The notes: a model not told the origin generated them from the letters alone. Positions 45,075 through 55,888 are shown, numbered from the stretch's first letter. The stretch: DNA of 64,000 nucleotides from Patescibacteria group bacterium (GCA_023474215.1 JAMCYI010000011.1:16739-80738); one strand, 5' to 3'. Made by a program: numbers and translations.

Positions 45075-46549
45075 CGGAGGCGAGTAAACAACAACTCGCC
45101 TCTTTTCGTTTTTACGCTGCCCTCTTTCCAAACGATACTCTTCGTTATCTTTTCCGCGGTACCAGGTAGAAACGGCCCGATCATGGCGGCAACGTTGTCC
45201 AAGATGGCGATGAGATCGAAAACCGCTTTCTCCTTTTCCCCGTGATCGGAAGCGGCCCATGGCTTTTTATCGTTCACATATCCGTCTCCGAACCCGATGA
45301 GACTCCAAACGGCGCCGAGTGCTTCATGGAATTTGAATTCGTCGAGAGCTGCCGTCATTTTTTTCTTCGTTTCGTCGATCTTTTCCGCAACATCTTCTGA
45401 AACTTCGCGGCTTTTCATTTCACCGAGCCCTTCGCCGAGCGCGAGAACGCGCGCTGCAAAGTTGCCGAGACCGTTCGCCAAATTCGCGTGATAACTTTTA
45501 TCGAACTTGTCCCACGTAAAATCACCGTCTTCAAAGGGAACTAGATCGTGAAGGAGCCAAAAGCGGAGCGCGTCCGTGCCGTATTTTTCGACGACATCGA
45601 ACGGGCCCACGACGTTCCCCAGGCTTTTCGACATTTTTTGGCCGTTTGAATTCACAAACCCGTGGATCAGTATTTGCCGCGACGTCGGGAGACCGGCCGA
45701 CATGAGCATTGCCTGCCACATGGCAGATTGCTGGCGGAGATTGTCCTTGCCGGCGACCTGCAAAGCATTCGGGTGCTCATTCGTCCCCCAAAAGCGTCTG
45801 AAATTTTCTTGATCCTCCGGCCAGCCGAGCGTTGAAACATAGTTCACCAGAGCGTCGAACCAAACGTACATCACATGTTCATCGTCTCCCGGGACCGGCA
45901 CGCCCCACGGCATTTTCGACTTGAGCCGCGAGATGCTGAAATCTTGGAGCCCCGCAGAAACGAAATTCCTTATTTCCGTAAGGCGGTGGGGAGGTAAAAC
46001 GAAATCGGGGTATTTTTCATAGAGATCGAGGAGCGGCTTTTGATATTTCGAGAAACGGAAGAAATAATTTTCTTCTTCAATGACTTCGATCTTCAAATTG
46101 GGATGAATGGGACACATGCCGTCCACGAGCTCCGACTCCGTCTTCTCCAATTCGCAGCCGACGCAGTATTTGATCTGATAATTTTTTTTGTAAATATCGC
46201 CTCTCGCATCACACCGCTTCCAAAACTCCTCGACGGCGGCGACGTGGTGCGGATCCGTCGTCCGAATGAAGTTCGTGTAACTCAAGTCGAGCGCCGAACG
46301 GAGCTTGTCGAATTCAGCCGCTTTTTCGTCGACATACGCCGTTACGTCTTTCCCCGCTTCCTTGGCATTCCGATATATCTTTTGCCCGTGCTCATCCGTG
46401 CCGGTATTGAAAACGACGTTTTCGCCCAAAAAGCCGCGGTGGTAGCGCGCAATGGCGTCCGCTTGGACGATTTCCAAAGCGAAGCCGATGTGCGGTGACG
46501 CATTCACATACGGCAAGGTGGTCGTGATGTAAAAATCTTTCTTTTCCAT
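45071..46549 (-). CDS. metG: methionyl-tRNA synthetase (minimal form)
   Basis: PYVNASPHIGFAL HIGH-type motif, zinc knuckle CVGCELE...CPIHP, KMSKSLGN. Confidence 0.9.
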   Translation of the reverse strand: MEKKDFYITTTLPYVNASPHIGFALEIVQADAIARYHRGFLGENVVFNTGTDEHGQKIYRNAKEAGKDVTAYVDEKAAEFDKLRSALDLSYTNFIRTTDPHHVAAVEEFWKRCDARGDIYKKNYQIKYCVGCELEKTESELVDGMCPIHPNLKIEVIEEENYFFRFSKYQKPLLDLYEKYPDFVLPPHRLTEIRNFVSAGLQDFSISRLKSKMPWGVPVPGDDEHVMYVWFDALVNYVSTLGWPEDQENFRRFWGTNEHPNALQVAGKDNLRQQSAMWQAMLMSAGLPTSRQILIHGFVNSNGQKMSKSLGNVVGPFDVVEKYGTDALRFWLLHDLVPFEDGDFTWDKFDKSYHANLANGLGNFAARVLALGEGLGEMKSREVSEDVAEKIDETKKKMTAALDEFKFHEALGAVWSLIGFGDGYVNDKKPWAASDHGEKEKAVFDLIAILDNVAAMIGPFLPGTAEKITKSIVWKEGSVKTKRGELLFTRLR

Positions 46550-46560
46550 CCTCTTCGAAC

Positions 46561-47592
46561 CTATTCGAAATCAAGTTCCAGACGTTTCGATTTCTTCTCC
46601 GCCAGGTAGTCGAAAATTTCTTGAACAAGGACCGCCACCGGCACGGAAAGGATGATGCCCGTGAATCCCGCAATTTCACCTCCCGCGAGGACCGAAACGA
46701 GAACGATCACCGGGTGCACCCGCATGCTCTTTCCGACGAAAATCGGTATCAAGACGTGGTTTTCAACCTGCTGAATGACAATGAAGAAAATAACCGCGTA
46801 AATCGCCAAGCTCACGGAATACGAGGCTGCGACAACAAACGCAATGAGCCCGGTGACGATCGGCCCGATGACGGGAACGATCTCGAGAATCCCAGCGATG
46901 ACGCCGAGAAGGATCGGGTACTTGACGCCGATCAAGAACATCCCGACGAAAACCGCCATGCCGACGAAAAGAGAAAGTGCGAGCTGCGTCGCAAACCACC
47001 GGCGCATTTTCCGTTCGTAATTTTTGAAGACGGTCATAACCGACCGTTCGTAGGAACCGGGCAAAATAACCTCGAGCATCCGTTCTGCCCCATGGCGCTC
47101 CACCGAAAGATAAAGCGTTACGATGACGGCCGAGAAGACGAGAACAATGTCTGTGATAAGGGACCAAAACGTCGCCGTGATCGAAAAGTTGATGGTGGAA
47201 AGGAACGTCGAAATTTGATCCAGGCCTGATTGGGCGCTTTGAATGGAAGGAAGTACGAACTTGATGCCCGGCAGCGTCGGAATGATCTCATTCAGCCGGC
47301 CGACGAAACCGGAAAATTCGACTATAAGGACGGGGATGACGAGATACAAGAAAAGTCCGACGACCGCGACCGAAAGGATAAAAATGGTGATCGTCGCAAG
47401 GATCCTCCCGAATTTCAATTTCTCGCTCAAAAATCCGACGACCGGTTCAACGCCGAGAGACAAGACGACGCCGACCAAAAGCACCGCGAAAGCGTCCCGC
47501 GCAAAATACAAAAGGAGGGCGAATCCGATGAATATGAAGATGCGCCACAGCGCCGTCCACCCTACTTCCAACTTTTGAGATGATTGGCTCAC
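46561..47592 (-). CDS. AI-2E family transporter (PerM-like)
   Basis: About 8 TM helices with the AI-2E pattern (RKMRRWFATQLALSLFVG...IPILGVIAGILEIVPVIGP). Confidence 0.7.
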   Translation of the reverse strand: MSQSSQKLEVGWTALWRIFIFIGFALLLYFARDAFAVLLVGVVLSLGVEPVVGFLSEKLKFGRILATITIFILSVAVVGLFLYLVIPVLIVEFSGFVGRLNEIIPTLPGIKFVLPSIQSAQSGLDQISTFLSTINFSITATFWSLITDIVLVFSAVIVTLYLSVERHGAERMLEVILPGSYERSVMTVFKNYERKMRRWFATQLALSLFVGMAVFVGMFLIGVKYPILLGVIAGILEIVPVIGPIVTGLIAFVVAASYSVSLAIYAVIFFIVIQQVENHVLIPIFVGKSMRVHPVIVLVSVLAGGEIAGFTGIILSVPVAVLVQEIFDYLAEKKSKRLELDFE

Positions 47593-48899
47593 ACCTTCAA
47601 TATATCAAGAAAGCTTCGTTTCTTGAAGGGGCCGATAACGGCCAAGTTCAACCGATCGTTCCGGATGATCTGCCCCATGACGCTCCGGATCTGGTCCGCC
47701 GTCACGGCATTGATGCTTTTCGCAACTTCCTGGGGGGTCGAAAGCTTCAAACCGAAGATCTCTTGCGCCGCATAAAAAGACGCCAGCTCATCGGATCCCT
47801 CGAGCGCCATGAATAAATTCCCGATGAGGTGCTCTTTGGCGCGCTTCAATTCTTGAACTCCCACCGGTTCTTTCGCTATTCGGTCGAATTCCTTGAGAGC
47901 TGCCTTCAATACCATATCGATCTTTTCATGTTCGACGCCGGCCGACATTTCGAGGAGTCCGTGATCGACATATAAGTCCGCGTCGGTACGCACATAGTAC
48001 GCCGCACCGAGTTCCTCGCGTACTTTTTGAAACAAGCGCGAGCTCATTCCCCCGCCCATGATATCGGCGGCGACTTGAAGGGGGTATCGCCGCTTGTCGA
48101 ACACGTCGAACGCCCGGAATCCCACAATCAAGTGCGATTGATCGACGTCTTTGAATGAAACGAGCTCTTTCGGCCTCCTTTGTGATTCTTTCGTTTTTGG
48201 TTTTGCGCCTTTCTTGCCCGCCGGTAACTCCTTGAAATAACCTTCGGTCTTCTTCAATAAGTCGCGCGTTGCATGCCCGCCGGAGATTGTCACGATCGTC
48301 GATTGCGGTAAGTAATGCCGTCCGCGGTAATCGACGAAGTCGTCACGCGTGAGGCGCCTGATGATCTCTTTCTTTCCGCCGATATCCCAACCAGCTGGCT
48401 GATCGCCATACACCAGATTCATAAAGAGCTCTGCGACCCGCCGCATCGGCGTGTCTTCGTACATATTGAGCTCTTGAATGATGACGCCCCGCTCTTTTTC
48501 GATTTCTTGATGCTCGAACGTCGGATCCAAATACATGTCTGCGACGACGTCCAAGATTTCTGCGGCGTTTTCATTCTTCGCTTTTGCGTAATAACTCGTT
48601 GATTCCTGCGACGTGAAAGCGTTGTATTGCGCGCCGAGCCCGTCGAGTTCGGCTGCAATATCCATTGCCGTGGGGCGCTTGTGCGTTCCCTTGAAGCACA
48701 TGTGCTCTAAGAAATGCGAAAGGCCGTTGATGTTCTTCGTTTCGTATTCCGATCCAGCTTCGACGGAAACCATGACGGTCGTCGTCAAATTTTGCGACTC
48801 CGGCACCAGGATCACCCGGAGGCCGTTTTTCAGTTTGAATCGTTGCGGTTTTGTCATGTGTTCATTATAACTGCTCAAAAAAGAAAACGACAAGCGCAC
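47589..48899 (-). CDS. M16-family zinc metallopeptidase (pitrilysin-like)
   Basis: Inverted zinc motif HFLEHMCFKGT with downstream E residues (EYETKNINGLSHFLEH). Confidence 0.8.
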   Translation of the reverse strand: MRLSFSFLSSYNEHMTKPQRFKLKNGLRVILVPESQNLTTTVMVSVEAGSEYETKNINGLSHFLEHMCFKGTHKRPTAMDIAAELDGLGAQYNAFTSQESTSYYAKAKNENAAEILDVVADMYLDPTFEHQEIEKERGVIIQELNMYEDTPMRRVAELFMNLVYGDQPAGWDIGGKKEIIRRLTRDDFVDYRGRHYLPQSTIVTISGGHATRDLLKKTEGYFKELPAGKKGAKPKTKESQRRPKELVSFKDVDQSHLIVGFRAFDVFDKRRYPLQVAADIMGGGMSSRLFQKVREELGAAYYVRTDADLYVDHGLLEMSAGVEHEKIDMVLKAALKEFDRIAKEPVGVQELKRAKEHLIGNLFMALEGSDELASFYAAQEIFGLKLSTPQEVAKSINAVTADQIRSVMGQIIRNDRLNLAVIGPFKKRSFLDILKV

Positions 48900-48931
48900 G
48901 CTTGTCGTTTCCTCCGTCGAACCAATTGAAT

Positions 48932-49852
48932 TTATTGGAGAGTGAAGACGCTGCTTATGGCCGGCGTTCCGCCCTTCCCGTCGATACCGATGGATATCTT
49001 ATAGCTCCCGCTTGGAATGGAAGGGTCATATCCCCAAGCATAACTTCCCGTATCAGGAATATCGTCCGCAATGACCTTGACGATGTTGCCGCTTGTATTC
49101 AACAGGGTTATGCCGACCGTTTGGCCGGCTACCCCCTTGTCCATCCACTGGATGGTCATGATGACGTCCTTTCCGCCATTGGACCACACGCTGCCCGCCT
49201 GCGGACTTTTAATGACTACCGGCGAAGTAGAAGGCGCCACCCCAAGACTAATCCCCTCTTTGTCGCTACCCAAGACATTCCCGGTTGAGTTATAAGCAAC
49301 GAGACCAAGGGTCACTGTTGCGGGAACGTCCGAGTTATTGATGGCCGGTATGGTGAGTGCAAGATAATCCTGGGTGGGATCGTACATATCGACTGTACTG
49401 AATTTCAGCGTCGTCCCGCAGATATTTTCTCCGTTCTTCCCGGAAACCGTTACCTCTTCGGGGCAGCTGATAGAAAGGTTCCAGTAAGAGACTGCTTTAT
49501 TTTGAGGATATCCGGCAATCGAGACATTCGCGAATGCGCCGTTGGAAGACTGACCCTGGATATTTATCTTGAGAGTCACCGGGACTTGGACTACCGGGGA
49601 CGCCGAGGTGATCGGCGCCGGAATTGGAGCTTGAGGATTCGTCGAATTTACCGCAGTGGCCGTACTGCCCCCCAAAGCAACCTGAACCTTCGCTATCGTA
49701 CTGACATCTGCCCCGAAAGCCTGCAAGAGATTAACGATCGCTTGAATTTGCGACGAGGTGAGGCCGCTCGCGTACGTCTTCCCGCCTACAAAAACGACGC
49801 CGAGAATTATGATGAACGAAAAAACTGCAACGATAAATTTGTTGTGTTTCAT
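48932..49852 (-). CDS. exported hypothetical protein
   Basis: Signal/anchor FIVAVFSFIIILGVVFVGG. Ig-like beta-rich composition. Confidence 0.4.
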   Translation of the reverse strand: MKHNKFIVAVFSFIIILGVVFVGGKTYASGLTSSQIQAIVNLLQAFGADVSTIAKVQVALGGSTATAVNSTNPQAPIPAPITSASPVVQVPVTLKINIQGQSSNGAFANVSIAGYPQNKAVSYWNLSISCPEEVTVSGKNGENICGTTLKFSTVDMYDPTQDYLALTIPAINNSDVPATVTLGLVAYNSTGNVLGSDKEGISLGVAPSTSPVVIKSPQAGSVWSNGGKDVIMTIQWMDKGVAGQTVGITLLNTSGNIVKVIADDIPDTGSYAWGYDPSIPSGSYKISIGIDGKGGTPAISSVFTLQ

Positions 49853-49910
49853 ATTTTGATTTTTAATGTTTTTACTTTTTAACTATCCTTCCCCCGACCT
49901 TTCTTAAGGA

Positions 49911-51248
49911 TCACCTCAAGTGCTCTTTGAGATATGCCTCCAATTCTCCGATCTTCACCCGCTCCTGCCGCATGGTATCGCGGTCGCGGACGGTCACGTC
50001 GTCCTGTTCCAGACTGTCGAAATCGACGGTGACGCAGAAGGGCGTCCCCGCTTCGTCCTGCGTGCGGTATCGCTTGCCGATATTCCCCCGGTCGTCCCAC
50101 GCAACCATCATGTCTTTTTTCAAATCGTCGTAGATCTTCTTCGCGGTTTTCACGAGATCGGGCTTATTCGCGAGGAGCGGAAAGACCGCCGCCTTGTACG
50201 GCGCGAGACGCGGATGCACATGAAGCACCGTCCTCGTTTCTCCCTCTTTCACCTTTTCTTCCTCATATGCATTCATAAGGAAAAAGAGCGTCGCCCGATC
50301 CACGCCGCCGGATGTTTCAATGATGTGCGGCAGGAATTTTTCTTTCGTTTCTTCGTCAAAGTACGCCATATCTTCGCCCGAAAATTCCTGGTGCCTTCTC
50401 ACGTCCCAATCGCCGCGGTGATGGATGCCCTCCATCTCTTTCCACTCGCCCTCCGCGTTATACTCAATATCGAATGCCGCCTTCGCATAGTGTGCAAGCT
50501 CGTCTTTTGCGTGTTCCTTGAGCCGCAAATTCTCCTCCTTCATGCCGAGCGAAACATACCAATCCATCCGTTTTTTCTTCCAGTACTCAAAAACTTCCAT
50601 CGACTGCTTGAGATCGGGACGGACATAATACTGAAGTTCCATCTGTTCGAATTCGCGCGAACGGAACGTGAAGCCGCCGGGCGTGATCTCGTTCCGGAAG
50701 GCTTTGCCGATCTGCGCGACGCCGAACGGGATTTTCACGCGCGTCGAGCTCAAAACATTTTTGAAATTCACGTGGACGCCCTGCGTGATCTCGCCCCGCA
50801 AGTATGTCTTTTGCTTTTCGCCTTCGATGACGCCGAGGTACGTTTCAACCATCAAATTGAACTGCTTCGGTTCCGTCCAGTCACTCGCGCCGCACGTTGG
50901 GCACTTGACGTCTTTCGAAATTCGAAATTCGCCATTCGGAATTCCGATTTCGTCCTCGCGAAATCGGGCATGGCATTTTTTGCACTCGACGAGCGGATCG
51001 GAAAAGGACGTCAAATGCCCCGAGGCTTCCCACACCTTCGGGTTCATGATGATCGCGGCATCGAGGCCAACGACATCGCTTCGTTCCTGGACCATCGATC
51101 TCCAAAATTCGTTCTTGATATTGCGCTTCAGTTCCGCTCCGAGGGGGCCGTAATCCCACGTGCCCGCGAGACCGCCGTAGATCTCGCTCCCGGGAAAAAT
51201 GAACCCGCGGCGCTTGGCCAAACTCGCCACTTTTTCCCAAATGTCCAT
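49911..51248 (-). CDS. glyQS: glycyl-tRNA synthetase (alpha2 dimeric type)
   Basis: RRGFIFPGSEIYGGLAGTWDYGPLG N-terminus, class II motifs. Start trimmed to MDIWEKVASLAKRRGF inside ORF 49911..51317. Confidence 0.9.
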   Translation of the reverse strand: MDIWEKVASLAKRRGFIFPGSEIYGGLAGTWDYGPLGAELKRNIKNEFWRSMVQERSDVVGLDAAIIMNPKVWEASGHLTSFSDPLVECKKCHARFREDEIGIPNGEFRISKDVKCPTCGASDWTEPKQFNLMVETYLGVIEGEKQKTYLRGEITQGVHVNFKNVLSSTRVKIPFGVAQIGKAFRNEITPGGFTFRSREFEQMELQYYVRPDLKQSMEVFEYWKKKRMDWYVSLGMKEENLRLKEHAKDELAHYAKAAFDIEYNAEGEWKEMEGIHHRGDWDVRRHQEFSGEDMAYFDEETKEKFLPHIIETSGGVDRATLFFLMNAYEEEKVKEGETRTVLHVHPRLAPYKAAVFPLLANKPDLVKTAKKIYDDLKKDMMVAWDDRGNIGKRYRTQDEAGTPFCVTVDFDSLEQDDVTVRDRDTMRQERVKIGELEAYLKEHLR

Positions 51249-51577
51249 GTACTCAATTGTAAATGAAAAACTATTCTCTTGCCAAACCGAGGAGACGGAT
51301 TTCCAATGCTCCGGCAATATTCACTCGGGGGGTATTGGAAATCTCAAAAGTAATGGCAACGCCCCCCGAACGAGTATTGCTGGAATGAGCGTCAAAATCA
51401 CCGAAGCTTTGAGGAAGGAGCAGGAAAAGAGGACTGTTTGAATCCCGAAGCGGAGCGAGGTTGAGTTCCGCATTTTCCGTTACGCATGACGATAAGCGAG
51501 GATGATTTTAGCGAATGGAGGCCTATGAGAGAGGAGGGTGTTGCCATTCCCTCTTGAGGAGAAAAATGAAGAAAGTC
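51249..51577 (-). promoter_or_regulatory. about 330-nt untranslated leader upstream of glyQS with long-range pairing potential
   Basis: A 7-bp G/C stem (cgggggg...ccccccg) encloses about 30 nt. The distal aatggcaac segment is complementary to the gttgccatt segment inside that hairpin. No T-box consensus. Confidence 0.3.
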
Positions 51578-53371
51578 CTACTGAGTAACGACGCCGGAAC
51601 CCGGCGCAACGCTCGAGTCGTCCGGCAAAGCCGTCGTCACCGGCCCCGCGGAGATGTTCACGGTCGCGCCCGTAAAGTTATCCGTTGCCTGAAGATTGCT
51701 CGCGCCCAGAAGACCTTCATACGAACCGATAAAATCTGAGCTCGGCGTCGCCGAAACTTGAAACACGGCTTCTGCCGGACCGCCGAGGAACCCGCTTCCG
51801 GCAAAGATATTCCCGATGTTCCACACCATGCTTTCGGTCGACGTGTCGTATGAAATCGAAGATGATGCAACCGTCGTCGTCGCAAAACCAGTCCAGGTAA
51901 CGCCCGTCGGAAGCGGAGCCGACACGACGGCATTGCTCAAGTCGTTCCCAAAATCGCTGATCTTCCAGTGAATCGAGTACTCCGTGGCACTCCCGACGTG
52001 GGGCGGGAAAGGACCCGAGTTTTGCACGGCGGACGACGGATCGTTTGTATAACCTTTTGCGCTGAAGTAAACCAAACTCGAGATCTTCGTTTCTTCCGTC
52101 GTTTCAGCGAACGTTTGATTGCCGGACACGTAGTACGGCACCGACGGCGATGAAAGTACGACATCTGCTTTGACATACAAATTCTTATTCGAAAGTCCCT
52201 GCAGGGAAACGGGCGCGGAGAGCGTCGTCGAAAGGGTAAGGTTCAAACTTCCGACCGTGCTGGGTTCGACGAACGCGAGGGCCGGCGTCGTCGATGAATT
52301 CCACGTCACGGTTCTTGTCGAAGGATTGAAAATTCCGTCCGTCTTCACGCTCGACCAGTCCGCAAAACCGGAAAGGATCGCTTTCACGACGACATCCTTC
52401 AAAGCGATCCCGCTTTGATTGTTGTACTGGATCGAATAGTTCAACGTATCCACCGGCTTTGCGACGTAATTGTCCGATCCGTTCACGGTGACACTCACGC
52501 CGATCGGCGAAGGTGAAAGGGAAAACGTGGCTTGGTAGTCGGCAATGTCGTAGTTTTGGCCGTTCAAAACGGCGTACAGCTTCAAGGGTATCGTAAATGA
52601 AGAGGCGCTTGAGTCGGTGAATACCCCCTTGATGGTTACGGTTCCGGTCGCGTTCGCCGCAGCCGAACCGAGCGCGAAGGTGTTGGCGAGGGTCGCAGCC
52701 GGAGCGCTCGCCGACTTGAATTGAAACGAACTCGGGAAGTCCGCTTCGAGGATCATCGCGGGAAAATTAAAATCGGAACTGTTGGCATAATTGACATCGA
52801 ACGAAAGGGCGGAGCCGTTCAATATTTGATCCGGCTTTGTAACGCTCATTGCGACGGCCGAATTGGATAAAAGAACTTTCACTTCTTGCTTCACCTCGAA
52901 GCGGCTTCCCGTTTGATTGAAATAAAAGAACGAAACGTCCAATGTTTGGCTGGAATTCAAATCGCCGACCGGGATCACTTGATAGCTCTTTTTCACGAGA
53001 TCTCCAACCCCTACGTCGCCTGTATTTTCCGAGTAAACGCTTCCGCTCGTCGTCGAGTTCCAAATCAAAAGTCCGTTCGAGAGGGTTACGGCGATCGACG
53101 AGTTCGTGATCGGATTGCCGGACACGTTCGTTATGTTGAGATCCAGTTCGAAAGGAACCCCGCGCGAGACGTCGGTCGGCGCCGTGACTTCCAAATCGAC
53201 CCCCTTCGGCTGATTCAAGTAGTACGTAATGAACGCAACGCCGGCGATGATCACGGCGAGGCCGACGAAGATCATTCCCCAAAGGACTTTGGGGATCCAA
53301 GCCGAAACCGTCCTCTTGGCGGAGGACTTTCTGAATTTTTTCAATCTTTTTTCTATATCCGAGATTGCCAT
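51578..53371 (-). CDS. large membrane-anchored surface protein with repeated beta-sandwich domains
   Basis: N-terminal anchor VLWGMIFVGLAVIIAGVAFITYYL. S/T/N-rich repeated segments. No catalytic motif. Confidence 0.45.
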   Translation of the reverse strand: MAISDIEKRLKKFRKSSAKRTVSAWIPKVLWGMIFVGLAVIIAGVAFITYYLNQPKGVDLEVTAPTDVSRGVPFELDLNITNVSGNPITNSSIAVTLSNGLLIWNSTTSGSVYSENTGDVGVGDLVKKSYQVIPVGDLNSSQTLDVSFFYFNQTGSRFEVKQEVKVLLSNSAVAMSVTKPDQILNGSALSFDVNYANSSDFNFPAMILEADFPSSFQFKSASAPAATLANTFALGSAAANATGTVTIKGVFTDSSASSFTIPLKLYAVLNGQNYDIADYQATFSLSPSPIGVSVTVNGSDNYVAKPVDTLNYSIQYNNQSGIALKDVVVKAILSGFADWSSVKTDGIFNPSTRTVTWNSSTTPALAFVEPSTVGSLNLTLSTTLSAPVSLQGLSNKNLYVKADVVLSSPSVPYYVSGNQTFAETTEETKISSLVYFSAKGYTNDPSSAVQNSGPFPPHVGSATEYSIHWKISDFGNDLSNAVVSAPLPTGVTWTGFATTTVASSSISYDTSTESMVWNIGNIFAGSGFLGGPAEAVFQVSATPSSDFIGSYEGLLGASNLQATDNFTGATVNISAGPVTTALPDDSSVAPGSGVVTQ

Positions 53372-53384
53372 ATAAGTGCAGCGG

Positions 53385-53921
53385 TCACTTCAAATATAGT
53401 AAATTATTTTCATTTATTTTTGAACCGCAGGATTCGCACAGAAACTCTTGGCTTCCTTCGTTGAAGAACGCGATGTCCGATGCGCCGCACCACGTGCACG
53501 ATGCATGGCGCGGGTCATATCCCAAAACGGAGATGAGGGCGACGAGGTCGAAAGCGCCGGATCGGAGCGAATGAACGAGAAGGTTCCACAACGCGGGATC
53601 AGGAACCGCTTCCGGGGAAATCGTCCGAAGGACGCTTGCCGCCCGCAAAGCTTTTGCAAGAAACTCCTCCTTCCCCTTCGACGCCCTAAAATCATCCTCC
53701 ACGACCGCGTCGGTCAAGGTGAGCGCGTTCTTTTCCACGATCTTCACCGTTGCGAGATTGCATGTGTCCAAATGGGGGGAAAGCTTCGAGACGATTTTTT
53801 TTCCTCCCGGCGCCCGTACGCGAACCCTACCGAGATCCTCCGTATAGAAATCGAAGATCTTGTCGTGCTCCTTGCTGTTTTTGAAGCCGAGAACGATGGC
53901 TCTCGTGACGTATTCGGACAT
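53385..53921 (-). CDS. recO: RecO-like DNA repair protein (short form)
   Basis: N-terminal OB-fold-like region. C-terminal four-Cys zinc motif CTWCG...CESCGS. Confidence 0.5.
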   Translation of the reverse strand: MSEYVTRAIVLGFKNSKEHDKIFDFYTEDLGRVRVRAPGGKKIVSKLSPHLDTCNLATVKIVEKNALTLTDAVVEDDFRASKGKEEFLAKALRAASVLRTISPEAVPDPALWNLLVHSLRSGAFDLVALISVLGYDPRHASCTWCGASDIAFFNEGSQEFLCESCGSKINENNLLYLK

Positions 53922-53927
53922 ATTCGC

Positions 53928-55409
53928 CTAATTGCCTTGCCCCGCCGCTTTCGGCGTCCGCCAATAGCCGAGGCGCGCTTTTCCTCCGATCATGAGCCTT
54001 GTTTGAGCATCGAGTGCCGGAATGGCGCCGAAGAAAATGAAGACGAGCGGCATAAGCGCCCACTCGACGAAATAATAGAAATAATATCTTTTCTTGAAAC
54101 CTTTGATCCGGGGCGCCATAAGAATGAGGCTCAAGACGGCCGAGACGATGATGCCGATCGTCGAAAGATTTAAAATGACGCCCGTCATCCGCGGCAGGTT
54201 ATACGACAAGATCGAGCTTTTGAAATTCTCGTTTCCAAGGATATTCGGGAGGATGCCGAACAAAAAAATGATAAACGAGCTCGTTGACCACGAAAAGAAG
54301 CCGTCGAATTCCGTCCACAGCCAAAATCGCCTGACTCTTTTCGGAATGCCACTCTCTCTTTTTAAATCCCTTGCAAGATACACGAAGTTTTCCGCCCCCC
54401 ACGCCCATCGTCGCTGTTGCTTGTAGAGATTCTTCATGGCCTCGAAAAAATTCTTTCCGACCACTGCGTCCATGTATACCGGATAGAGAAGAGGGACCGT
54501 CCGCCAATCGCCTTTGTAGCGCGCCAAGCATTGGAAGAATATCCGCGCATCCTCCGAAACGAGGTCGGTTTCCCAAAAACCCACATCGACGAGGGCTTTT
54601 AAAGGAAGGCTGTGCGAAGAAAAAGTGACCAGCTGTTCGGGGCGCGAAGATTGCATCAAATGCCAAAAGCTCGACGAAAACCCGACGAGCCGCGCAAAAA
54701 ATTTTGCATCCCCAAGATTGTTCGTGAAAAGCGGAATGGGCTGATAACTCGATCGGAGAGGATTGGGCGCTTTGAGGAAATGATACGCCAAGATGCCGAA
54801 GTAATCGCTCTCCGTTCTCGTGTCGCTGTCGAAAACGGAAACCAAAACATCCTCGTACGGAATGTGGCGTTCGTCGACGAGGACGGGTAAGGCGTGTTTG
54901 ATGGCCCACGTTTCATTGGATCCCTTCCCGGGCAGCTCGCCGGGCAAACCAGCCGGATGGAACGTTGTGGCAAACCCGCCGAATACCGATCTGAACTTTT
55001 TCTCTATCTTTTCCGCCGTCTCGCGATCCGCTTCCCCTCCCCGTTCTTCGCAGGCGAGAAGAACGAATATTTTTTCCTTCGGATAGTTCGCCTCAACCAA
55101 GCTTTCCAAACTTTGATCGACAACGCCGTATGGTTCCTTGTACATCGGCAATATAACGAGGTGGCGGATCCTTTCCCAATCCAACTTTTCCGCTTTCAGT
55201 CTTTCAAGCCAATCGATCTTGAGGTTCTTTCTCATACGCGAGAGGGCGAATCTGAGATGCAAAAACAAATAAAAAAGCTTGAGGAGCCAATAAAGATCGT
55301 AAAGTAAAATAAAAATAACGACCACTTGGGGCAACTTCCACGAAAGAAACGTAAGACCGAGGAGAGTAACCCAAGCAGCCGTGCCGGGAATCAGTTCATA
55401 AATCCGCAT
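53928..55409 (-). CDS. membrane glycosyltransferase family 2 (processive, cellulose-synthase-like)
   Basis: D,D,D motifs with QQRRWAWG (QxxRW) motif, multiple TM helices at both ends. Confidence 0.7.
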   Translation of the reverse strand: MRIYELIPGTAAWVTLLGLTFLSWKLPQVVVIFILLYDLYWLLKLFYLFLHLRFALSRMRKNLKIDWLERLKAEKLDWERIRHLVILPMYKEPYGVVDQSLESLVEANYPKEKIFVLLACEERGGEADRETAEKIEKKFRSVFGGFATTFHPAGLPGELPGKGSNETWAIKHALPVLVDERHIPYEDVLVSVFDSDTRTESDYFGILAYHFLKAPNPLRSSYQPIPLFTNNLGDAKFFARLVGFSSSFWHLMQSSRPEQLVTFSSHSLPLKALVDVGFWETDLVSEDARIFFQCLARYKGDWRTVPLLYPVYMDAVVGKNFFEAMKNLYKQQRRWAWGAENFVYLARDLKRESGIPKRVRRFWLWTEFDGFFSWSTSSFIIFLFGILPNILGNENFKSSILSYNLPRMTGVILNLSTIGIIVSAVLSLILMAPRIKGFKKRYYFYYFVEWALMPLVFIFFGAIPALDAQTRLMIGGKARLGYWRTPKAAGQGN

Positions 55410-55415
55410 GATGAT

Positions 55416-55820
55416 TTACCAAAGAAGAATGCCGAGCAAGCGATCGATGCTCAAAGACCCGCCGCTCAAAAACACGAGAAGCACGGCCGACGCGAGGATC
55501 AAAAGATCGAATTCATAGCCGCCGACGAAACCGCTTTTCCGTTTCACGGCCGCGATGATCACGATGAATTCAATGACGAAGAGTGCCGCGACGATTTGCG
55601 TGAAAAATCCCGCTATCAATGCCAAACCGCCGATGACCTCGAGGATCGCAACAAGCGTCCCCCACAAGCGCCCCGGTTTGAACCCCATGCTGGCAAAGCT
55701 CTCGCCCGTCGCTTTCAAATCCTTCATTTTGGGCAAACCGTGGCGAATGAAAATGAGCCCCAAGACAACCCTCAAGAACAAAATCCCCCAATCGCTCCAA
55801 ATCAACAGCAGTTGAATCAT
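55416..55820 (-). CDS. DoxX-family membrane protein
   Basis: WGILFLRVVLGLIFIRHGLPK pattern and four TM helices. Confidence 0.65.
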   Translation of the reverse strand: MIQLLLIWSDWGILFLRVVLGLIFIRHGLPKMKDLKATGESFASMGFKPGRLWGTLVAILEVIGGLALIAGFFTQIVAALFVIEFIVIIAAVKRKSGFVGGYEFDLLILASAVLLVFLSGGSLSIDRLLGILLW

Positions 55821-55888
55821 AGGGATAGTATACCCCTCCCCTTGAGCGATTTCCAGTTCCTTGATACCTTCTATACTACTGGCTTGCT

